Source: Podarcis vaucheri | Taxonomy: Eukaryota | Strand: one strand, 5' to 3' | NCBI GenBank assembly: GCA_965113315.1 | Contig: OZ220369.1 | DNA length: 64,000 nt | Shown here: positions 25,050 to 38,903 of the stretch, one piece after another | Position numbering within the stretch: the stretch's first letter is position 1 | Layout: each line of letters begins with the position of its first letter | The notes under the pieces: generated by a model | Databases searched by the model: none | Told to the model about the DNA's origin: nothing | The model's input: only the letters and a program-made list of their open reading frames with translations | Translations under genes and position numbers: made by a program

Positions 25050-26514
25050 TTAAAAAGGCTAAACAGATATTGGCTTCATCTGTAGGGAATAGGTTTGCCT
25101 TCTTAATTTAAAGGTGCATCAAAAATGGGCAAGAAAATCTCTATTTAAAAAGACTGATATTATTATTAAATACACTGTTGCTATCATGCTAAGGGTCCGA
25201 ATGCTTGAAAAAGCTAAGTATGGTACATGTGGTTAAGTAAGACTTATTTTCTATAGCATCCCAACTAGAAAAAAAACCCAAGCCCTACCACCCAATGACA
25301 TGGTAAGGAATGTGACTGTTCCACAGAGAAGCAATTGATGCAAGGCATTTTTATTTCAATTATGCTTCTGCTTTATTGGAAATTATGTTTTGGACTTTGT
25401 GGGGTGATCAAAATTATGCAGCTTGGTGTTAACAGTAATGAAGCCAGTAATTCTCAGTGTTTCAAAAGGAAGTTTCCAGCCCTCATGGGCAAAAAAAGGA
25501 AACTTCACAGTAGGACAAGGACTGGTTGGGACATCTGAAATGCTGAGGTGTCCAGATTGAAAAAGAATCCAGTCTGTCGCTTCAGTGTCAAATTCTTCCC
25601 CCATTCCTATGAGCCTCAACCTCTCTTCTGCAACCCCAAGCCTAGTGTTCAGTTAAGACACATTAGGATTCACTATAAAAATCCATTCAGGTCTTTTCGC
25701 ATATACTGGTATGAGTTCTGGCTAACAAAGTTCTACTCAGAGTATACCAAATGAAATTAAAGGATGTAATTCAGTCACATCTTTTAATTTCAATGGGTAT
25801 TCTCCAAGCAGAACTAACATTAAATACAGCTCTGTTTGCTTATTCAGTAGATTTAATCATGACACTTGCCTCTCATATCACAGAATCTAAAATTACTGGT
25901 AGACCAATATTAGCACAAGGATGGCTTGAGTCTGTAACTCCCACAAACCAAGAGGCAGGTGCCAGAAAAAATGCTTATGGGTTGGCAGCATCACCTAAAC
26001 CACAGATGGGAAACTTGCCTGAAGCAGTCCCATTCTTCCATCACATTAGAAACATTCTTCCTTGTTTTTCTTGGCTTTTTACAGTCTTTCCCCTCTTTTT
26101 ATATGCAGTGTCAGAAAAGCTGGAAGGGGCAGCATTTTATCTGATAAATATAAAACTTTTAAAAAACATTTTTCCTGGTCGTATGGCTCGGTGAAAGCCT
26201 GAGAACAAATTGCTAGATTTCTGGCATCTGCAGTGTGTGTTTTTGTTTGTTTGTTTGTATAGTCAGAAAGGAATTGCTTTCATTAGGTTTTTAAAACATT
26301 GGATATATTGGCCTGTTGTACTTAAAAATAATAATTCACTGCATACTTATTCATGCATCATCCTTTTACACCCAACAGCACTTACTCCTGAATAGACTTG
26401 CCTAAGTTTAGGGACTCTAGCATGAGGCAGTCACTGTGAAAATTTAAGCACGGTACCGTAATTCTCATTCTGGATCAATTAATCCAGAACCCTTGTGTCT
26501 GACTCCATCCATCA

Positions 26515-26859
<345 letters not shown>

Positions 26860-27277
26860 TCAAAGTCCCCACTTTGAGGCAGGATCCTCCTCATGTTTTT
26901 CTTCCACCCCACTTCCAATTTCAAGGCACCTATCCAAAGGGGACAAAGTATACCACATCAGATTAAATCAGGGAATAGCATTAATAAAACCAATAGAAGT
27001 AGATCAAACAAATTAATTAAGGAGGCAACTCCTGATCTGAGGGAAAACTAGATAATTCCTGAAATCCACCCATCACCCCCTGTATTTAAATCTTCATGGA
27101 AGGAAACACCAGATTCTTTTAAAAAGTGGGGACAAAAACCCTTTCTTGATCTCAACAGGCCACAATGAGGTATCAAAGACAGTCAAGTCTCCTATCAAAA
27201 CATATCTGGGTTTCAAGGCTGGCAAGGCTCTTTGCTCTAAGATGATGATGTATTCAGGAAGAGAGCAGTAATTCCTA

Positions 27278-28174
<897 letters not shown>

Positions 28175-31100
28175 TCAACAGCTTGCAAGAAATGGGGGGA
28201 CAGAGTCTCACACCTTAAGAAATCTGATCAGACATGAATGACACATTGCATTTGCTGAAAAAAGAAATGCTCAGAACAAAGACCCCTGCTCACAAATATT
28301 ATGGATACAACTCCTTACACACTCTTGATATAGGTCTGTAATGTGAAAAAAAGAGAAAGAATTCTAATTCTAACTCAGGATTTGGGGGACAAGATCAGGC
28401 TACAAGGATACATGCATTTTACACTTCTTTCCTCCTCCTGCATCGCATGAGTCAGATACAGTATTTCTGGGCTAATGCAAAGCTGCTTCTGAATTTTTTG
28501 TCCCTCCCAAAAAGTGTCAAAAAGATTGAGTCTCTGGGGACACCATGAAATCCCTCCACCATTACTTTCAGCAGTAGCCATTAGTCAAAAGTGAAAGGAA
28601 AAGGCAAGTTGCTCTGGCTGCTCCTGGAAATAAATGGTCTAGGTGTGATGTGATGTACCAAAATGGCACAGGCGAGGCAGCAACCCCAAAATAAGATGTC
28701 AGAAAAGCACAATCTCCAAATACTTTGTTTTGGATCAGCCAGCTTTTGCAACCATACCCTTCTTTACTGTGCTTATGTTGCTTTTCCCCAAGCAGGAAAA
28801 ATCAACTAAGTGGAAGGGAAACTGGAACATGTTCAGAATGTTGCGTGGATACACACCTAAAACTGAGTGCCTGGGACACTGCCAATACAAAGTAAATGGC
28901 TGCTGTGGAGGTGTCAATAGTTCACAGGAAGAGAACAGCAAAAAGGCTGACAACGTGGGCCAAAACAAAGAAGAGCCCACACAAATGTTGGTGGTTCAGT
29001 GCCACTGCAAAAGCAAACAGAAGACAGATGACATGTGAGGAAAGGCCCATCTGAGATCTGTTAAAATAAAAGCAGTATTTAAAAATCTTTAGCTTATTCT
29101 AACCCCAGAGGGTTGGAGTACCTAAGAACATTGAATGTTCTTTCTTTAAAAAGAGAGCGAAAGAAAAGTCTTTATCTGAACTGGAATTTGGAAGTCAATG
29201 TTTAGAGTTATTTTTTAATAAGACTACAGTAATCCTGCAAATAATTCTACGTACAGCATTCACTCATCTACCCACACTAGTAATTTGCTGCATAATGCTA
29301 ACATTAAAATTAAAGGAATGAACCAACCTCTTCCATTAAAAAAGCACAACTCTGGTGGTGCCATGAAAAAATCCCAGAGTTGAGCACCTGAAATTAATCC
29401 AGATGCAGACTTTAGGGATTAAATTACACCCGTGTACTTTCTGTTACAGAATTAACACAGGATTGTCCTTCCGGGACATTTTTGTCTGCATGGTAGTACA
29501 CAGTGCTCCCCAAGTTCAACGTGTCACCAGCGTGTTTTCTTTCTGTATACAAAAGGTGTACAGAAAGTACCTGGGACAACCACAAATTGTACTGATTTGC
29601 TAATGGGGTGCTTTATTGTCCCACTGGTAGTACAGTGATGTATTGGGATGAAAATGTTGCATGTTTTTTTCAAACCAAATGATCCAGGGAAGCAAACTTC
29701 TAGCAACACTTTGTTTCATTTTAGGCCATTCCAGTTCCCCACAATATATTGGAATAGAAAACCACACCTAAAACACTTACTATTGCTACTACATTTCTAT
29801 CCCTCCATGGAGCTCAAGGTTGTATATATGACTCTTCTCTCCATTTTATCCTGCACAGCAGGTGAGGCTAAAAAAAATCCTATGTTGATTAGCTTGGAGA
29901 GAAAACAACTGCATTCACTGAAAGGCAAGTAAGTATCTTCTGGAAGCAGAGTAAAAACCTGCTATTTTGAACCACTATTTAGTAGCTGGTGTTGAAGAAG
30001 GGATTATGACTTAACTTCTGTTTTGCTTTAAATATGTTAACTTGCTTAGGTGTTTAGCTCACATGCAAGGCATCACTATCCTGCACAGGATTACAATAGG
30101 CCCTGGGACCTATTCCATCTCTTTGAAAGTAACAAAAGTGAGGTCGATATAGAATGAGGATTGTCCTGATGAGTATACAAGGTATAAGGAATGTGTTCTA
30201 CCTTCTTCACACTTAACCTTTGGAAAACACTGCTCTTGTCCATGCACTTCACATTTCCTCCAACATAATAGATACTTTTAGAGACCCATGTGATTGTTGA
30301 TGTGGAACAGCAGCACCCAACATTTTGCAAAAATAATTTCAGCGTCAGTATAACTAAGAAACGGAAAATTGACAAAGCAATGCAAAAGAAACTGACATGC
30401 AATGAATCCCACTGGTTTTAAGTTAGTTTCCTGTTTTCTGCCAGCAGCTGTCTATCTCAGTATTACATCCGCCTGCATGACAGTTAACAGTGAGATTCAA
30501 CGCATGCGCTTAATGAGCTCTCCTGTCTCCCTGCCCAGAAGCTGACCACATGATTTGCAGTGTGGGTGGGTTGCTTTGCTTGTCAACACTGAGACAGCCT
30601 CACATCTCTTGCCTAAACTTCCCCACAAAATAAATCATTCCATATCCTAGCAGGCCAGCTAATGTGTCTGCATAGGAGGAAAGAGGGGGGAAATCCAGAA
30701 ATTAAAAGATCAGAAAAAAGAGAATATTTGGTTAGCTTGATGCTCTAAAAGTCACCTCTATAGGATTAAGTTTTGAGACAACCCAATGACTCACTTTCTG
30801 GTCAACTACATCAGGCCTGTTGCGCGCGTGTAACCCCTCCCTTTTAAAACAAAAGGAATAGTAGCATTGATGGAAAGGCCACAACATACTGTTCTTCAAC
30901 ACGCACCACAGCATTTAATTTGGGCATCAGTAAGTGGAAGCATGTGCAATTTGGGCTTCTACGGTTGTGAGGCTTTATAGGAGAACCAGCCCACTTAGAA
31001 TTTGCATAAAGGCATATTGCCACTTTAGTGTAGTAATTACATTTATGAACCATAAAATAGCTTTTACCCTTTTTATCCAAAATTAGTGAATTATTATGCA

Positions 31101-34100
31101 TCTTTCTAAATGTTCTTCCTTTCCTTACCCTCCGACTTGTCTGTCTTAATAATTTTTGCATAGCACTTAGCACAATTTTAAGCACTTTTTAAAAAAAAAT
31201 GCCATCAACCGTTTTGGAGACATTCTGAAACATTTTTCTGTTTTCACAACCATGGCAGAAGAGAAAAGTCTGAAGGCCTGCAGTGCATGCTGTTGGTTTT
31301 TAATTTGCCTCTGTGAATTTTAGAGTTCATTTGGATTGGCTCACCCTGCGCACCTGCAGCAGAAGCCCATGTTTCCAGCCTTGGCCATTGCAGAACACAC
31401 CTACTCAAGTTCTGCTCTGGATCTCCAATTAATATTTACAGTGGAGTCACGGCAAGTTGCTAAGAATTTAAACCTGTAAGGTTTAACTGTCTTTTACAAC
31501 TTGAGAAGTTGGGTTGGAACACTGAACCAATTAACAGGTTAGATTAATTGATTAAAAACTATTTGAATAACTAAACTGGTACTTCCTATTTTTAAAAGTC
31601 TGCATATTCTCCCCCCCCCCCCCAGATTGCTGTTTTTAAAGCACTTATATACTGCTTTCAGGTTGGTTGGTTTTTAAAGCAATAGTGGTATATAAATTTT
31701 ATGAAAAACATTATTATAAATTATAAAATAACAGGTGACAAGAAGCACTATCTTGAAATAATATTAATATTTCAAGTAGTCCACCTGCCACTCTCGGCGG
31801 CTTCCAACAAAATAAAGGAACACATTAAAAGCTTCCTGAAACAGGGCTGCCTTCAGATGCCTGAAATATGAGGAATTGGCTCTACTAAAATATGCCTGCA
31901 AAAATATAGGGCATGATATTTTGAAAAGTGTAGCATTTTTCTTCAGAGCTATTGTTCTTACTAGTATACAGATGTTAAAAAACCACACACACCAATCTTA
32001 ACATTTATTTAAGGAACTTGACAGCTTCAATTTAAAAAAAAACCCTCAATGGGACAGTTGCATCACGGTGGGGGGAGTTCAAACAAGGCTCCGCATCCAC
32101 AGAATACACTCAAGTTCCTGGTGCTACACAATGGTCCAGAAAGCTAAGACAGTACCACCTTTCAGAGGAAGCAATTTAATCAAAATGCAATTGCGATCAC
32201 TCCTACCTGTTGACTACAACATAACTGGCATCCAAATCTGCCTCAGCCTGTATTTTCCTTAACATGGTAAAGAAAGAAAGAAAATGTTACTTGCTTACGT
32301 AGTTTCTATGCCTGAACAGCTATGTTCAAGGGAAAGTTTTGTATGTTACCCTGCTGTTTTAAAATTAACATGACATTAAGTGGTTAACCTAAAGGTTCAC
32401 AACAAACATGTTTTTGCTCCACTACATGTAGATTATTATAAACAAGCAAACAAAGAGGCAGACAATAACGAGACTTTACTAACAACTATAACAAAGGGAA
32501 TGTTAGATAGAGCATATTATTACAAAAGCCGTTCCCTAAATACAAAAAAACACACAAATAAAACTCAGGTTATAGTTACCCCAAAAATGTTCATACTGTT
32601 TTTTACTAAAAGCAGCACCCTCTGTCTTGAGCTAAATTTCCAACATTTATTTCCAAGTAGCTAGTATTAAAAAGGGAAATATTCCGCATCAATGGAAGAT
32701 ATTTCTCCAAAAAGTTCTTTTACCTTTTTAAAAGATTCAGCTTGAACACAATGATTCACTATTGTACAATAGCCACCTAAGTGGTTTTAAGTAAAGTTAG
32801 CCAAATTCATGGAAACACCTATCATGAAAGCTAAGTCAAATCATCTTATTCAGGGGCAGTATATCTCTAAACACCAATTGCTACAGGGGAGAGCTGTTGC
32901 CTTGAATCCTGTTTTCAGGCTTCAATTTTAGTTGAAAACTTTTGTAAATAAGATGCTGGACTAGATAGACAATTAGTTGGATCCAGGAAGGCTTACAAGT
33001 TAAGCATCGCAAAGGCGAATAAGGCATTTTTTGACCTTTGCTAGGTTAAATGCTGATTTTAAGGATTCTGTCAAGGCTATTTTAGAAATGCTTATGAGTA
33101 ACTCATTTCACTCCAGAGACAGCTTCAGAAAAACCTGGGAGTCAGTTACTCAAACCCAAGAATTGAGTACCTAGAACATCTGTTCTCTTGGCTTTTGAAG
33201 TGTACAATAATCTTTTAAAGGGCAGTAAATTTAGTTCACCAGGAAAAACAGTGCCTAAATAATAGCAGACATGCCCACTGAAGCTTACAAGATTCTCAAC
33301 TAATTAAGAATTTATACATATTTTTTCTTAGTCACATGCTGCAGATATATTCAGAATTTCAGTCAATTTAGATCTGTGTCATATATCTTCATGTTATTCC
33401 ACAGCTGTACATATGAACTCTCCCTGTTTTTCAATGATAAATGTATGAACATTTATGATCCTTACTCACACTAAGCTGGTGAGCACCTGTCATTTTGATA
33501 GTGCCATCAGAAGACTCAATGTTAAAAGAGGTTACTCTCACTTGTGCAGAGTTGTTGTTGTCTTAATGAAATATTCCAGTAAGTGACCAAGATCCCAAGC
33601 TTGTATGAAAGCTTTAAAATAAAGTATGCAAATGTGTGAGCTTTCAGTTGATGTTTAAGTCATTTTACACACATGTAAGAACTCAACATACTGTAGACCA
33701 GAGTTGGAAAATTTCTGAGTATACAGCATGTATATTTCCCAACTAGCCCTTGTTTAGCTCAGCTTGCAGTAAATTGTGCCCCAAAGTCTTATTCCAACTG
33801 ATCAGGAATGTCAGAGAGCTCCTCTTCCATAAAAACCCTGCCCTAGAAGCTTTCACTAATGTATTTTCTTTGCTTCAGAAGAAGCAGGGAGTACTGGAGT
33901 GCTTTCAAATAGCAGCTCTACCCAGCTATGCCTCCTCCAATCCCACATCCCCTCCTCCTCTATTTTAAAGAGAGTTTTGAAAAGGATCTTGCAGTAGCAG
34001 TCAACCATGGCCAAAGGCAAAACCAGTGTTTCTCTCTCACGATCTTTCTGTCAAGAGCTGGAGAATACATCAGGTGCCATTAGGAGCAACCCTTTTGATA

Positions 34101-34273
34101 TGAATGCTCCTTCTTGACACTGGGGAATCAACAAGGTATCAAGGTGACCCACCATTGGGATTAATCAGAGAATATGAAGAAAAAAAATATTTTCCAACAC
34201 TAGCTTATGAATCCATCTTCTGGGTTAAGTGGAGGGTGAGAGAGGGAAAAGATATCAATCCCTCAACACTTGC

Positions 34274-34364
34274 CTCTTCTAAACTGGACTCTTCTGGCTG
34301 ATGCCTTGTTTCACTTTCTAGCCAATGCAAATAAAATCCCTTTGGCTTCAGTGTGCAAGATCAT
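34274..34364 (-). other. CTCF: Candidate CTCF non-coding exon 2 (5'UTR, GC donor)
   Basis: tttcttgcaagcag|ATGATC...CTGAAGCCAAAG...GAAGAG|gcaagt; start resembles recalled human exon 2 (ATGAT...CTGAAGCCAAAG). Confidence 0.55.
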
Positions 34365-34469
34365 CTGCTTGCAAGAAACCAACACAAAGATCTATGAACT
34401 CTGAACAAAATTGTTAAGTTCCAGGGAGCTTGAAAGCAACTGGAGGTTGCCCCAGACTCAATGATAGAG

Positions 34470-34514
34470 TACAGACAGACAGACAGACAGACAGACACAC
34501 ACACACACACACAC
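34470..34514. repeat. (AGAC)n(AC)n compound microsatellite
   Basis: Seen directly. Confidence 0.9.
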
Positions 34515-34515
34515 T

Positions 34516-34640
34516 AGGTATGGGGAACCTCTGGCCCTCCAGATGTTGCTGGACTACAACTCCCATCAGCCCCAACGAGCATGGCCAATGGCCAGGCATG
34601 GAAAAAAATTGTAGTCCAGAAACATAACACTTTCCTTACC
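34516..34640. mobile_element. Short hAT-derived MITE
   Basis: ggggaacctctggccctccagatgttgctggactacaactcccatcagcccc. Confidence 0.7.
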
Positions 34641-35759
34641 TAGCTTTCCTCCAGGAGCTCAGAAGCTGCAGATATGAATAAAAGCATAAAATGCTGTGCA
34701 TGAGATGCTATTTAAGCCATTTGACAGCAAGCAATGGAGAAGGTCTATTTGGATAACACAGAGATAAATTTCCTCTTTCTTGTTAAGTAATAAGTTTCCA
34801 AGACTGTACCCAGAGGGAAAGCTATTCCACCGCAGTGAGATTCAAAAAGGTTCCCTTGTTTATGTGGAACCATTTTCACTGAAGTATGTCATCTCTAGTT
34901 AAGAGGAATCAGGTGGCAAGTGATGAGACAGAGCCCTGCCTGAGACCCTGAAGAACTGCTGCCAATCTGAGAAGACAATACTAGGCTAATCTGACTTTAT
35001 ATAAGGCAACTTTCCATGTTCTTAACAAAGTCTATGCATGTCAGTTCAGAACTAAGTTCCACTGAGTTCAAAGCAGTTAACCCCCAGCTAAGTGGTTATA
35101 GGATTAAATCAACAGGGCTTGAAATTTATTTTACAAAGGTGGAGCAAACTCTAAAAATCCTGAGTTCTATACTACATGTTACAAAGGCCACCACATTTTG
35201 TAATTACAGCTATGCTAATAAAATAGGCTGGTTGAAGCTACTCCAGGGTTCTTATTTTACATATTTATCTGGGTCCAATATCACCTCTGAATGTACAAAC
35301 TGGAAGTTACTTATATGTAATGATACAGTAGGGAAAGTGAAATTTACAAAAATAAATGAATTCCACCAGGTACAAGAATTCACATTAAATGTAACCTTAA
35401 GTTTTGAAAATAAAGTCAGGTTCCCTAACTATGAAGCAGATTCCCAAACTGCTGCCTTAATTTAATCCTTAGCAGTACTGCTGAGAATTCAACAACTGCA
35501 ACATTAGAATCAATTGATACATTCAGATCTAAAACCAAGGTGAATGCCTCAATATGCCAGGAGATTTCTGGAAGTTTTACATATATAGGAGAGTTCAACG
35601 CAGGTGGAGATAAAAAGATAAGTAGAAGCAGTTTGTTGGCATAGTGTAGATGGAAGTAGAGCATAACAACAGGCAAGTCTGAACTATAGCTCAGAAGACC
35701 AGGCTATTAGAGGAAGAATGTATCTGATACAGTACCGGGGGAAAATTGCTAAGATTTAA

Positions 35760-36115
35760 TCATAAGAACATAAGAAGATGCTGCTGGATCAGGCCAATGG
35801 CTCATCTAGTCCACCATCCTGTTCTCACAATGACTAACCAGATGCCTGTGGGGAACTTGCAAGTAGGACATGAGTGCAACAGCGCTTTGCCTACCTGTAA
35901 TTCCCAGGAACTGGTATACTACCTCTGACAGTGGAGGTAGAACATAGCAATTATGGCTAGTAGTTGTTGATGATAGTCTTGACCTCCATGTATTTGTTTA
36001 ATCCTTTTTTAAAGCCAACCAAGTTGGTGGCCATCACTTCCTCCTATGGGAGACAGCTCCATAGTTTAACTATGTTCTATGTGAATAAGTACTTTCTTTT
36101 ATCTGTCCTGGAATC
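35760..36115 (-). mobile_element. CR1-type LINE 3' fragment
   Basis: Reverse strand reads as a degenerate RTDKRKY.FT..IVKLW..LP..VMATNL.GFK (CR1 ORF2 C-terminus); cataagaacataagaa tail. Confidence 0.75.
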
Positions 36116-38438
36116 CCCAATGAAATAAATGGAACTACAGTGCACTGTTACATAGGCATGTCTTTCAGATGTCAGTGCAGCCTAGTCCCAACAAGTTAAC
36201 TTTTGCTCAATAGAATCTACTGCCGCCAGTATAAGCCAACTCTAACACCATCAGATTAGCATGAATATGTCAGAGTAGCCTTGATTAAGTTACTCCCCGC
36301 CTCTCAAATTCATTTGTTCCCTTGCACCACTTTGTACAGTACACTACTTGCCCAAAGCCTGCAAAAGAGTAAGTTAAGGAGCACACAAGGTAAGCTGTTT
36401 TCATGGTAGGAAAGTTTGAAAGTAAAATAAGAAACAGAATGTAACCCATAAAAGAGCTTACTGTGGTTATTTAGAGATGACTCATTTGCACTAGAAAGTG
36501 ACAGACGAATGACAAATGGGCAAGACTTTAGAACTGTGTTTTAAAATATATGTGGGTGAGGGATACTAGTTTGGAATACACTTTTAGGTTTAAATGACTA
36601 TTCAGACAATCACTACAATACTGGGAGCCCAAAAGAATCTTTTTTTGGAAATCAAGCAGAATTCTAACTATTACAGCAAAACAGCAATGATGGCTACTGA
36701 CAACATAGAAGCATGAGCTACATCAAGATGCTGCACCAACTATGGGCTAGCATAATATAATTATAGTAGCATGGGTCTATTATTTCACTTAAATCTCCCC
36801 TCATGGACCACCTCATTCTGTAAAGAACATGTAACTGTAACTAAATAGTCAGAATCAAAGCTGGCTAGCTATGACCAATACCCCTCCTCTCCCCATTTTA
36901 GAAGGCAGCTCACTAGTGTGATGCAATTATGACTTATCCGTCAAGATTACCCAGGATGGCTTGGGCAACTTGCTATCACTCACCCTAACCTACTTTGGAG
37001 AAATACATCTAACAGGCCCACCAATTTCACACTAGCAACCTCAAGCATGTTCTCAACTGCTCAGATTAAAGTGACAGCATATATTTAGAGCAATATATTT
37101 TAAAACAAGGCATATAAAGTAATATGCAAATTTCTGGTATATTCCCTTTGTGAAAGAGTTCTTTTCTTAAAATAAAACCGCAGGAGAACCTTCAGGAAGA
37201 TATAGAGTCAAAGTAGTAGTAGACTTCTCTTCTTCAGGGCTGTGAGATCCCCCTCCCCCAAACCTTCTTGCATTTACGGCCTGAGGATGTATAAAGGAAG
37301 ATCTCTACAACCTCCCGAATTGCGTGGCCCAATTTTCTGGCAGTTTTAGAGGGCTTTCCCTTGAAGTATTACTCCCCCCCCCCTTTAAAAATAGTATCTG
37401 CACAAAGATAATCGGGATTAGGTGGTGGCGTCGAGGCCAAAGTCATGACTGGGGGGATGAGTGAGATCGTGATGTCTTCCCCCCCATCCTTGACACCATC
37501 CTAACTTTACGAAAGGACCTTCCCCGGTAAAGGTGAAAAGGGGAGCCCCGCGTGAGCTCCTTCCCGGTTCCAGGCCGGGCGGGCGAGCTCGGGCGTCCCC
37601 GCCTGGCGCTCTCCCGCGCTGCATGGCGCTGCAGCTCAGCCTGCCTTGCAAGAGGGAGCTCGAGTCCCGATCTTGAGCTCGCAGCGCCTCTCACTCCGCA
37701 GCGCGCACAGCGAGGCGGCGGCCGGCGGGAGCAGGCGGGCAGGGACGGGCAGCGCGGACACGCAGGACCATCGTCGGGGGAAAAGGACGCGGACGGAGCA
37801 GGCCGGGGACGGTCAGCTGGGACGGGACGAGGACGTCCGGGCATGGGGAGGAGGGAGAGAAAAGCAGAAGCGGAGACGGGCAGGAATCGACGCGGGGCGG
37901 AGGCGACCGGGCGGAACGAGAAGCCAGCCAGAAGAGGCGGGAGGTGGCAGGATTAGGCCGCAGGTTAATGGGGGCGGCTCGGGAGGAGCTGGGAAACGGG
38001 GGGGGGGGGAGGAAACCCAATCGACTCGGCCAGGATCAAGGCGGGCGGGTGGGTGTTTTGAATAGAGGTTTTTGGCGGGGACAGGAACGCCCGGGGTTAG
38101 TCGTTTCCATAATGGCGGACGAGTTAAATAAAAAGCGAGTCACTCCAGCAGGCCGTGGTTGGCGGCGGCGGAGAGGGTGAGGCGGCGGCGGGTTGGGCAA
38201 GGCCGAGCTAAGCAGCCGCGCCTCTGTCTATTTATCCAGGCTCGGCCTGGTTCCGGCAGAGGCGCTGCACTGGGAGGCCGATGGGCGGCAGTACCAGGCC
38301 GGCATCAGGGCGATGGGGACGGTAGAGGGAGACAAAGCCCCGCTCCCCATCGGCGGCGCCGCGGCGGGTCCCAGCCCGAGCCCCATCGTGACACCTAGAG
38401 GCCGGAGAAAGCGACTGCAAACCCCCCGCGCTGCTTAC

Positions 38439-38610
38439 CTGTCCCGGAGGCGCCTCCGGGCCGCCCCTGCTGCCCCGGGCCCCGCCCCGCTCGGGCCCTG
38501 CGGAGCTCCTACTGCCGCTGCCCCGCCGCTAGCGGCCGCCGCCAGCGCCCAGCACCAGCTCGCGGTTTAATCGTTCCACAGTCGCCTCGGACACAAAATG
38601 GCGGCCGAGA
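38439..38610 (-). other. CTCF: CTCF non-coding exon 1 (TSS approximate)
   Basis: Donor GACAG|gtaagc at 38439; 5' end GCCATTTTGTGTC...CGATTAAACCGCG resembles the recalled vertebrate CTCF mRNA start. Confidence 0.8.
38594..38605 (+). promoter_or_regulatory. YY1 site at the CTCF TSS
   Basis: CAAAATGGCGGC consensus match; a second YY1-like site ATAATGGCGG at about 38109-38118. Confidence 0.75.
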
Positions 38611-38617
38611 GGAACAG

Positions 38618-38628
38618 TGCGCCTGCGC
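38618..38628. promoter_or_regulatory. NRF1-like site
   Basis: TGCGCCTGCGC. Confidence 0.55.
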
Positions 38629-38778
38629 CAGCCCGGCAGCCGCGGCCGCCGAAGCCGAGCGAAGGGAGGAGGGAGCGGGAGAAGCGGCCGCGCGGAGCAC
38701 CATGGGAGGAGCCGCTGGGCGCCAACTTCAAATAGAGGACCTAGAAGGGCCGCGGCGGACGTGAGGGCGGGTGGCGCT

Positions 38779-38788
38779 GTGACGTCAC
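38779..38788. promoter_or_regulatory. Palindromic CRE (CREB/ATF)
   Basis: GTGACGTCAC. Confidence 0.7.
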
Positions 38789-38860
38789 GCGCGGCCTGGG
38801 CCGAGGGTGCAGAGCACTTGCACGTTGCAAGCGCGGGCAAAGGGATTGGTTCCGCGGTGT

Positions 38861-38903
38861 GGCGCCCTCTTGAGGTGACGTTGGCCCTGTTGCCACCTGC
38901 CGG
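38861..38903 (-). promoter_or_regulatory. Two tandem CTCF-motif matches
   Basis: CCGGCAGGTGGCAA (38890-38903) and CCTCAAGAGGGCGC (38862-38875) versus consensus CCRSYAGRKGGCRS. Confidence 0.5.

Noticed and set aside
25751-26194. 147-aa antisense ORF in a CTCF intron
   Set aside because: No motif, splice context or promoter support.
31345-31473. Possible extra CTCF UTR exon (ccttacag|...CAGG|gtgagc)
   Set aside because: Good donor but short pyrimidine tract and no other support; indistinguishable from a pseudo-exon.
35016-35465. 149-aa plus-strand ORF in a CTCF intron
   Set aside because: Starts in a SINE tail, has AT-driven composition and no recognisable homology; chance ORF unless Ribo-seq shows otherwise.
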